Under the pieces are notes generated by a model. The model ran no database searches, had not been told where the DNA came from, and was given only the letters and a program-made list of their open reading frames with translations. Shown one piece after another: positions 8,141 through 15,617 of a stretch of 32,000 nt of DNA (its first letter is position 1; each line of letters begins with the position of its first letter). Location of the stretch: contig JAHDHI010000002.1 in assembly GCA_020631395.1 (NCBI GenBank), forward strand, positions 34,100 to 66,099, given 5' to 3'. The translations under genes and the position numbers were made by a program. Source of the stretch: Bizionia sp. (lineage in GTDB: Bacteria > Bacteroidota > Bacteroidia > Flavobacteriales > Flavobacteriaceae).

Positions 8141-9322
8141 TTAGATTTTGGACAATCCCAAATCCAAATCTTCAATTAAATCTTCTGCAGACTCCAGCCC
8201 TATGGATATTCTCATATCTCCCAAGCTAATTCCCATTCCTTCGAATTGCTCTTTGCTCAACTCTTTCAAGTAGCTGATCGCTGGTGCATAGATCAAACTT
8301 TCATGACCTCCCCAACTAACACCTATTTGAAATAAACTCAATCCATTGAAAAATGTCTTTATCTTATCCAGATCGTCTGTTTTCAATTGAAAACTCATCA
8401 AGCCACTATAACCAGTCATTTGTTTCTTTCCCAATTCGTATTGAGGAAAACTCTCCAATCCCGGATAATTGATCTTTGCTATTTTTGGGTGTTTTTCCAG
8501 AAAACGCGCCACGGTCAATGCACTTTTTTGATGCTGATCCATCCTTATCTTCAAGGTTCTTAGACTTCGCAACAACAACCATGCTTCAAAAGGCGCTATC
8601 TTTGCACCAAACAATTCAAACTCTTTCGTGAATAGGTCATTTATGTCTTTTTCTCCACCTATTACGACACCGGCAACGACATCGCTATGCCCTCCAATGT
8701 ACTTTGAGCAAGAATGTATTTCCAAATCTATCCCTAGACTCAATGGTTTTTGAAAGACAGGAGATGCCCAAGTATTGTCTATGATCGTTTTTATTCCTTT
8801 GGCCTTGGCAAGTTTGGCCACCGCTTCCAAATCCTGCAAGCTTAAAACGACCGAAGATGGACTTTCCAAATAGATCAAAGATGTATTGGGTTGAATGGCC
8901 TCTTTGAATTCATTGATGTCCGTTCCCGTAATGTAGGTGACCTCTATTCCGAACTTGGGCTTGAAATACTTTTGCAACAAACTATTGGCAGGACCATATA
9001 TGTTCTTTACAGTAACGATGTGATCTCCCTTCTTTATGCATGAAAGTATGGAAGCACTAATTGCTGCCATTCCAGATCCAAACAACTTTGCGCTCTCTCC
9101 TCGGGAAATCTTGGCTAGTTTTTCCTCTACGACCCTTACTGATGGATTGTTCCCTCTCGTGTATATGTAGTTGTTTACCCTATCGTCAAAGGTCTTGTCG
9201 ACATCATCCCAATCCTTCATTGTAAACAAGGAATTCTGATATATCGGTGGCACCACTGCTCCTTTGCTATGGGCTTTTTTACCATCGTGAGACAACAACG
9301 TCTCTATATTTGTTTTTTTCAT
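8141..9322 (-). CDS. Cys/Met-metabolism PLP-dependent enzyme (cystathionine beta-lyase / gamma-synthase / methionine gamma-lyase family)
   Basis: 393-aa ORF. It carries YTRGNNPS, GMAAI and the PLP-lysine motif HSCSKYIGGHSDVVAG (S-x-x-K-Y-x-GGHSD) typical of the trans-sulfuration enzyme family. Its start codon overlaps the upstream NhaC-family stop (ATGA, 9319-9322). Confidence 0.85.
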   Translation of the reverse strand: MKKTNIETLLSHDGKKAHSKGAVVPPIYQNSLFTMKDWDDVDKTFDDRVNNYIYTRGNNPSVRVVEEKLAKISRGESAKLFGSGMAAISASILSCIKKGDHIVTVKNIYGPANSLLQKYFKPKFGIEVTYITGTDINEFKEAIQPNTSLIYLESPSSVVLSLQDLEAVAKLAKAKGIKTIIDNTWASPVFQKPLSLGIDLEIHSCSKYIGGHSDVVAGVVIGGEKDINDLFTKEFELFGAKIAPFEAWLLLRSLRTLKIRMDQHQKSALTVARFLEKHPKIAKINYPGLESFPQYELGKKQMTGYSGLMSFQLKTDDLDKIKTFFNGLSLFQIGVSWGGHESLIYAPAISYLKELSKEQFEGMGISLGDMRISIGLESAEDLIEDLDLGLSKI

Positions 9323-10785
9323 TTAAATAGAATGTGTTTATAATCATTTTTTTTGTCCTTCTTCTTGTAAAAACATCCAATGCCTGTAAGTGCAAGAATT
9401 GGAGCTACAAAAACATTTAAAATAGACAGCAATTGCCAATGCCAATAATCTGCAAAAGTCACTCCCAAAGTCGATACCACAAACAAAGTCGATGCCGTCC
9501 ATGGTATCAGCGTCTCTATCATGGTTCCATAATCCTCTATTGATCTAGACAGGACCTTCCTTGGGACTTTCAAACGATCGTATGCCGATTTGAATGCGTC
9601 TCCTATGATGAAACTGGTTGCACTTTGATTGGAAGTGAATGCATTCGTAAATGCCGTTGCCACCAAAGAAGAAATTATCAATGCCCATTTTTTCTTGACA
9701 CCTTTGAAAACGATGTTGACCAACGTAGGCATTGCCTTTACCATATCCAATATCCCTATGAAGATGAACACCATGAATGTGAAGAAGATTGCCTCGTTAA
9801 GCGCATACAGTCCACCTCTATTGAAAAGAGTTTGCACGTTGTCTGGCACTGCAGTTGTCCAAGTCGCCATATTGACATCATACCCCTTCAAGAGGGTTTG
9901 CAATAGATTTTCCAATGAATAGTTCTGAAAAACCAAAGCCAAGACACAGGCAGACAATGCTGACAAAAGCATTACCGGTACTGTCGGTTTTCTTTTTAAC
10001 GAGCCATACAATACGATTGCCGGAGGAACTATCAACAAGACATTGAAATTAAACAAGGCCTTTATTGCCGCCAAAGTAGTTTGTGAAGCCATCTCATTAT
10101 TCACTTCAGCTGATGCAGGATAGACAAAAGACAAGCTGAAAAATACCACGGCAGAAATCAAGGCAGAAGGAAAGGTCGTATACATCATGGAATGGATGTG
10201 ATCATAGAGCTTTACACCTGTGGCTGCCGAAGCCAGATTTGTCGTGTCGGAAAGTGGAGACATCTTGTCCCCAAAATAGGCTCCGCCAACTATTGCTCCC
10301 GCAGTAATTCCCAAATCCACTCCTGCTATGGATGCTATCCCTATGATGACAACTCCAATCGTCCCTATGGATCCCCATGAGGTCCCCGTCAACATTGAAA
10401 AGATTATAGGCACAACAAAGGCAATGATATACATGTAATCTGGACTTATCACCTTTATGCCATAATAGACCAACATGGGAATCGTACCAGAGATAATCCA
10501 TGAGCCTATAAGTACACCTATGGAAAAGAAAATGAGAATTATAGGAAATCCCTTGGCTATCTTTTTTACGATTGCATCCTGGATCTTATTCCACTCATAC
10601 CCCAAAATCATTAATTCTATGGCAGAAAACACTGCCGATAGCAAAAAGATGATTTCCAAAGGAAATGGTTTCAAATCAAAATAGGTAGGTCCTATGACCA
10701 ATCCGAAGGTTATGAGGATGAATAAAAAGACTATTGGAAGTAGCAAATGGTGAAGCTTTAGACTGGATCGTTTCAAAGGGGTCAA
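9319..10785 (-). CDS. NhaC-family membrane transporter (Na+/H+ antiporter superfamily; substrate not assignable)
   Basis: 488-aa polytopic membrane ORF with the NhaC-like block MLTGTSWGSIGTIGVVIIGIA and GAYFGDKMSPLSDTTNL. The track start is a TTG (reverse complement of 10783-10785). The first in-frame ATG would remove about 58 aa of conserved-looking N-terminus, so a non-ATG start is likely. Only 17 nt separate it from the FGE stop. Confidence 0.85.
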   Translation of the reverse strand: MTPLKRSSLKLHHLLLPIVFLFILITFGLVIGPTYFDLKPFPLEIIFLLSAVFSAIELMILGYEWNKIQDAIVKKIAKGFPIILIFFSIGVLIGSWIISGTIPMLVYYGIKVISPDYMYIIAFVVPIIFSMLTGTSWGSIGTIGVVIIGIASIAGVDLGITAGAIVGGAYFGDKMSPLSDTTNLASAATGVKLYDHIHSMMYTTFPSALISAVVFFSLSFVYPASAEVNNEMASQTTLAAIKALFNFNVLLIVPPAIVLYGSLKRKPTVPVMLLSALSACVLALVFQNYSLENLLQTLLKGYDVNMATWTTAVPDNVQTLFNRGGLYALNEAIFFTFMVFIFIGILDMVKAMPTLVNIVFKGVKKKWALIISSLVATAFTNAFTSNQSATSFIIGDAFKSAYDRLKVPRKVLSRSIEDYGTMIETLIPWTASTLFVVSTLGVTFADYWHWQLLSILNVFVAPILALTGIGCFYKKKDKKNDYKHILFK

Positions 10786-10802
10786 ATATTTTTATGGTTA
10801 AA

Positions 10803-11849
10803 TTATTCTTTTTGGAGCATGTTAGGTGTTGCGACTGTTCTAAAACCAATGTGTTCTGCCGACGAGTTAATGCTTGAATTCATTTTTGATGATATGCGAT
10901 AGCTTGAACAATATGATGCGTTGCATAAAAACGACCCTCCTTTAATCACCTTCTCTTGAATGCTTGGATTGTATGGGTTGGGATCTTTCACTTGAGGGTT
11001 TTCGACAGGTGATTCGTTTGCTGCAAGCTTATGATTTCTGCTCTCATCATACCAGTCGGAAGTCCATTCCCAAACATTGCCGGCCATATCATACAATCCA
11101 AAGGGGTTTGGAGCATATTGCCTTACAGGGGCGCTGCGCTCATATCCATCCTTTTCTGTATTGTCCATAGGGAAATTGCCATTCCATGTATTGGCGTTTT
11201 TGGAGAGTATGGATTGATCGTTCCCCCAAAGGTAGACCACATCTTTCTGATTGCCTCTAGCGGCATATTCCCATTCTGCTTCTGTAGGCAATCGCCTATT
11301 TGCCCATTTGCAATAGGCAACTGCATCTTCATAGGCCATATGCCCCACTGGATGATCCTTCTTATCTTCTATGGAGCTTTTTGGACCTTGTGGATGTCTC
11401 CAATTGGCTCCCAAAGTCCAGTTCCACCATCTGGATACATCTCGCAGATTAGGTTGTTGCCCTATTGTCTTTTTAAATGTCAAGGACCCTGGCTGCAACA
11501 AGGAATCTTCTGGTTTTGGAGTTCCCTTGGGCAACTCCTTTTTCATTTCATCCCAATCGATGGGGCGTTCTGCCAAGGTAACATATCCTGTTTCTTCTAC
11601 AAATTTTGAAAATTGAGCATTGGTAACCTCTGAAACATCCATGAAGAAACCATCCAATTTCACTTTGAAATTTGGTCTTTCCCTAGGCAGTGCCATGGCA
11701 TCATGAGATACCGCTCCCTGCACAAAGGTTCCTTCAGGAATCCAAACCATTCCAAATGGTGCTGCCTTTGAATGGTCCTTATCTCTTTTACAAGAGAAAA
11801 AAACAAAAAAACAGATACAAATCAAGGGGACGTTTTTTTTACAAATCAT
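10803..11849 (-). CDS. Formylglycine-generating enzyme (FGE/SUMF1-type sulfatase maturase), lipoprotein
   Basis: 348-aa ORF with ATG start. Lipoprotein signal ..CICFFVFFSCKRDKD. FGE-sulfatase domain motifs: MVWIPEGTFVQG, GLYDMAGNVWEWTSDWY, VIKGGSFLC..YCSSYR. It lies immediately downstream of a Cys-type sulfatase. Confidence 0.9.
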   Translation of the reverse strand: MICKKNVPLICICFFVFFSCKRDKDHSKAAPFGMVWIPEGTFVQGAVSHDAMALPRERPNFKVKLDGFFMDVSEVTNAQFSKFVEETGYVTLAERPIDWDEMKKELPKGTPKPEDSLLQPGSLTFKKTIGQQPNLRDVSRWWNWTLGANWRHPQGPKSSIEDKKDHPVGHMAYEDAVAYCKWANRRLPTEAEWEYAARGNQKDVVYLWGNDQSILSKNANTWNGNFPMDNTEKDGYERSAPVRQYAPNPFGLYDMAGNVWEWTSDWYDESRNHKLAANESPVENPQVKDPNPYNPSIQEKVIKGGSFLCNASYCSSYRISSKMNSSINSSAEHIGFRTVATPNMLQKE

Positions 11850-11895
11850 ACTAAGCTAATATATGAAAATATTGCATTTATCCTTTTTAAACAAG

Positions 11896-11930
11896 AATCC
11901 TATTATCACGAAAATTCGGATAATAGGATT
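11896..11930 (-). repeat. Perfect 12-bp inverted repeat (strong hairpin) between the sulfatase and FGE genes
   Basis: AATCCTATTATC (11896-11907) pairs with GATAATAGGATT (11919-11930). The 11-nt spacer can pair further (CGAA/TTCG, 11909-11912 / 11915-11918). In the minus-strand transcript the hairpin sits about 45 nt after the sulfatase stop and is followed by CUUGUUU, only weakly U-rich. It is therefore an attenuator, RNA-stability element or protein-binding site rather than a clear terminator. Confidence 0.5.
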
Positions 11931-11974
11931 GCAAGCATTAATTACAATTTAACCAAAACTGTACTGTCTATATT

Positions 11975-13630
11975 TTAGGGGTTCTTTTTCTGTTTTGCCT
12001 TTTCTGTTGGTGAATTCAATTCGACCAAAGGTGCTTCGGTATATGTTGAGTCTATTAGTTTGAAACGTTCACTTTTCAAATAGAACAATGAACTTGCCAA
12101 TTCAGGGTATTTCTTTCTAAGTGTTTCGTATTCCGGATTCACTGCATGTTTCCCCCAAATACCCAACATCAACTTCAAGTTTTCCTCATCCTCCGGATAT
12201 TGCCCTTTGTCTCCGGTATCTGCTATCCATTTTTTCAAGACGACAGCATATTTTTTCAAAACAGCTTCATAATCTGGATTTGTCGCAAGGTTGTTCAATT
12301 CAAAAGGATCATTTTTCAAGTCATATAATTCTTCCAAAGGTCTTTCATTGGACATGAACCTATCTTGTATGTCATTCAATTTCCCTTCTTCATACAATTG
12401 GTGCATCACCTCTACGAATTCGATGCCATCCACATCCATATAGGTTGGTTGCGTGTATGGTCTATCTGTCATAAAATTGCGGATGTACTTGAATTCTTTC
12501 GATCTTACGGAACGAATGCGATCTATGGTAAAGTCACAACGATCTCGAGTTGAAATCACATATTTTCGTTTTTCTTTTTCGTCAAATATGTTTCGCCCTT
12601 CCATATATGCTGGTCTTTCTATTCCTGCCAAAGCCAAGGAACTTGTCCCTAGATCCAATCCTGCAATCAAGTCCTCACTGATTGTTCCTGCTGGCAGTGC
12701 ATCGTTCTGCTTGGTGAAATCTGCGATGATCAATGGTACTTGGATTCCTCCATCGTATAAAAATTGTTTGTTTCTCGTCATTCGCATGCCATGATCAGAA
12801 AAGAAGAAGACTATCGTGTTTTCAAGTATTCCTGCTGCTTTCAGCTTATTGATGATGCCGCCAACCTTCTCATCGGTTATTTGAATGGCATCCAAATGAC
12901 TTGCATATTCCTCGATGATTGCAGGATGATTTGGCAAGTAGGGTGGCAATGTGATCTTTGATCTATCTACTGGGGTCTTCACCTTGTCCTTGAAGGATGA
13001 GGAGAAGATTTCTTTCCCTCCATACATTTGTATTTGCCCAAAGAACGGTTGTTTCGTCTTCAAGCTGTCCAGATCCAATCTTACACCACTCTTCCCATAC
13101 AATGGATGCATATAGTAGTCTTGACTGTATAACTCTCGTCTATCGTAATCGAAATTGTAATCGTCTTTACCGTTGTTGAACGTAAAATACCCTGCTTCCT
13201 TAAATACTTCTGGAATCGTCTTCAAATCTTTTGGCAAATCAATAGCCGATTCCTTGGTTCTGGAACTATGATGGTTATGAGTTCCAGTAGTAGTAGACAT
13301 TACTCCTGTAATAATGCTGGAGCGACTTGCCGAACATACTGGAGCCGGCATAAAGGCATTTTCATACAAAACGCCTTGTCGTGCCAAGCTATCTATGTTT
13401 GGTGTAGAAATGAGGGTCGTTCCATAGGCACTTAACAATGGTGCCGTATCTTCCAGGTAAATCCAAAGTATGTTGGGTTTTGGCTCTGATTCCCCGGGTT
13501 GGACTTGTACCTCTGCATTTTTATTCTTGGCACAAGACAGCTGAAATAGGGTCAATAGCAACAAGATGGTCATTGCCTTTGATCTTCCTTTTGTTTTTAT
13601 CGTCATATGTTTATTTGGCATGTTATTCAT
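11975..13630 (-). CDS. S1-family (formylglycine-dependent) sulfatase, lipoprotein
   Basis: 551-aa ORF. Signal and lipobox ..AMTILLLLTLFQLSCAK. The sulfatase signature PAPVCSASRSSIITG holds the FGly-target Cys99 (CSASR encoded by 13322-13336, minus strand). Further blocks: NILWIYLEDT and FFFSDHGM. The longest-ORF ATG (13628-13630) overlaps the GH97 stop by 8 nt, and downstream ATGs (e.g. 13606) are alternative starts. Confidence 0.9.
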   Translation of the reverse strand: MNNMPNKHMTIKTKGRSKAMTILLLLTLFQLSCAKNKNAEVQVQPGESEPKPNILWIYLEDTAPLLSAYGTTLISTPNIDSLARQGVLYENAFMPAPVCSASRSSIITGVMSTTTGTHNHHSSRTKESAIDLPKDLKTIPEVFKEAGYFTFNNGKDDYNFDYDRRELYSQDYYMHPLYGKSGVRLDLDSLKTKQPFFGQIQMYGGKEIFSSSFKDKVKTPVDRSKITLPPYLPNHPAIIEEYASHLDAIQITDEKVGGIINKLKAAGILENTIVFFFSDHGMRMTRNKQFLYDGGIQVPLIIADFTKQNDALPAGTISEDLIAGLDLGTSSLALAGIERPAYMEGRNIFDEKEKRKYVISTRDRCDFTIDRIRSVRSKEFKYIRNFMTDRPYTQPTYMDVDGIEFVEVMHQLYEEGKLNDIQDRFMSNERPLEELYDLKNDPFELNNLATNPDYEAVLKKYAVVLKKWIADTGDKGQYPEDEENLKLMLGIWGKHAVNPEYETLRKKYPELASSLFYLKSERFKLIDSTYTEAPLVELNSPTEKAKQKKNP

Positions 13631-15617
13631 TTTTTGTCACAATTGCGCTCCAACCGCCACCTGAAGCCAACTTGGCGATGACAATATCTTTGTTTGTTAT
13701 TGTCTTTGTTTCTAACTTATAGTCACTGGCATATCTGTTGGCATTAACTCCATCTTTGAATATCTCGATGGTATAGCTCCCTGTTTCCAAAAAAGAAAAG
13801 TCTATTTTAAGTTCTCTCGGTGCTTCATCATTCATAACTCCTACATACCATTTCGAATCATTCTTGCGAGCTACGGCCAAATACTCTCCGATTTTCGCTT
13901 GCAAGACCTTTGTTTCATCCCAAACTGATGGAATTTTCGCTATGAATCTCGTAGATTCTTCTTCTTTCATGTAGTTGCTTGGGCTATCGCACAACATTTG
14001 CAACGGACTTTCATACAAGGTATACATAGCCACTTGATGTGCTCTTGTACCCATGGACATTGGCCTATTCCAGTGAATGGAAAAGTTTTTCTCTTGCGCA
14101 TTTACCATGGCTCCAGGAGTGTAATCCATTGGACCTGCCACCATTCTTATGAATGGAAGCGTCAGGTTGTGCTTAGGGGTTATGTATTTTGCCCATTTGT
14201 TGTTTTCTGCGCCCTTCACACCTTCTCTAGTCAACACATTTGGATATGTTCTTCTCAAGCCTGCGGGTTTGTATGAGCCATGAAAATCCACCAACAGCTT
14301 ACGTTTGGCACAAGCTTCCGCCACACGCTCATAATAGTTCACCATCCATTGGTCATCACGTTGCATGAAATCCACTTTGATTCCTTTCACGCCCCACTTT
14401 TCGTAAGCGTCCAAAGCCTTTTCCATTTTTTGATCGAAGGAACTCCAAGCCACCCATAGGATGACATCCACATTTTTAGTCTTCCCATAGTCCACCAATG
14501 CTTTCACATCGACCTCTGGCACAATCTTCAATACATCTCCCAACTCATACCATCCTTCATCCAAAATAATGTATTCGATTCCATACTCGGAGGCAAAATC
14601 GATATAATGCCTATATGTTTCCGTATTTACACCTGCTTCGAAATCTACTCCATAGACGTTGTTGAAATTCCACCAATCCCAAGCCACCTTACCTGGTTTT
14701 ATCCAAGTTGCATCTTTTATTCTTGTTGGTTCAGCCAATTGGTAGGACAATTGATTGGTAATTAAATCTCCATCTGATTTTGAAACCCCGATGATACGCC
14801 AAGGAAAAGACCTGTCTCCTTTTGCCTTTGCAATGTAATCTCCAACTTTTGATGGTTTTGTACTTCGGTCATCCTTCCATCTTTCAAAACGATCCACTTT
14901 TGTTTCCAATACGTATTTCGGAAAGGTCGCTTTCAAGCTGTTTCCTCTATTACCCGTCACCCACATTCCTGGGTAATCCAATAGCCCCGTCTCCGTGATC
15001 AATAACTTCGTTGCTTTGGAAGGTTCTATTAAAAGTGGTAGGCTAGCCAAATCTTTTGTAGACAATGTATCTAACCCACTATACTCATACAATCTTTCAT
15101 TATGTGAAAAAAACTCTTTTTCTCTAGGAAAATGGACCTTTGTTTCATCTGAGAAATTAAATATGGCTTCTTCAGATTTCACTATGATGTCTTTTTTCAA
15201 TCTTGTTTCGAATCGATATGCAACACCATTGTCATAAGCCCTGAAAAAAATGCTGTAATTTCCTTTGAACTTCAATTCCAACTCATTGAATCTATCATTT
15301 ACTTCCTTGCTCTTTACTCGCAACTGGGGGTACAAGACCTGATCTATCGATTTAACCTTTTTCCCTACCACCCTTGTGTTTCTTCCTAGGATCACATCAT
15401 CGGAAATGGCCATGGACATAAATGACGGAGCCATTACTTGCTTTCCATCTACCACCAAAGTATAACTGACACTTTCATTCACTGAAACCAAAAGTACGAT
15501 GCTTCCATCTGGAGATGTTAGCTTGTAATCTTTGGCATATGCAGTTTGGATACCGACAAGCATCAGTAAACAAGCTATGATTTGAATTCTGTAAATTGAT
15601 TTCATTCTTTTCTTCAA
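13623..15617 (-). CDS. Glycoside hydrolase family 97 (alpha-glucosidase or alpha-galactosidase)
   Basis: 664-aa ORF. The N-terminus YKLTSPDGSIVLLVSV.. and the catalytic-barrel block GIKVDFMQRDDQWMVNYYERVAEACAKRKLLVDFHGSYKPAGLRRTYPNVLTREGVKGAE match my memory of SusB-type GH97 enzymes. Signal peptide MKSIYRIQIIACLLMLVGIQTAYA. The track start at 15617 is a TTG abutting the upstream stop, and the ATG at 15605 (M5) is at least as likely. Confidence 0.85.
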   Translation of the reverse strand: MKKRMKSIYRIQIIACLLMLVGIQTAYAKDYKLTSPDGSIVLLVSVNESVSYTLVVDGKQVMAPSFMSMAISDDVILGRNTRVVGKKVKSIDQVLYPQLRVKSKEVNDRFNELELKFKGNYSIFFRAYDNGVAYRFETRLKKDIIVKSEEAIFNFSDETKVHFPREKEFFSHNERLYEYSGLDTLSTKDLASLPLLIEPSKATKLLITETGLLDYPGMWVTGNRGNSLKATFPKYVLETKVDRFERWKDDRSTKPSKVGDYIAKAKGDRSFPWRIIGVSKSDGDLITNQLSYQLAEPTRIKDATWIKPGKVAWDWWNFNNVYGVDFEAGVNTETYRHYIDFASEYGIEYIILDEGWYELGDVLKIVPEVDVKALVDYGKTKNVDVILWVAWSSFDQKMEKALDAYEKWGVKGIKVDFMQRDDQWMVNYYERVAEACAKRKLLVDFHGSYKPAGLRRTYPNVLTREGVKGAENNKWAKYITPKHNLTLPFIRMVAGPMDYTPGAMVNAQEKNFSIHWNRPMSMGTRAHQVAMYTLYESPLQMLCDSPSNYMKEEESTRFIAKIPSVWDETKVLQAKIGEYLAVARKNDSKWYVGVMNDEAPRELKIDFSFLETGSYTIEIFKDGVNANRYASDYKLETKTITNKDIVIAKLASGGGWSAIVTKNE

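Noticed and set aside
11031-11609. 192-aa plus-strand ORF (and neighbours 10964-11170, 11371-11616) inside the FGE gene
   Set aside because: It is a shadow ORF antisense to a gene with unmistakable FGE motifs. The translation is Cys/Phe/Ile-rich with no recognisable domain.
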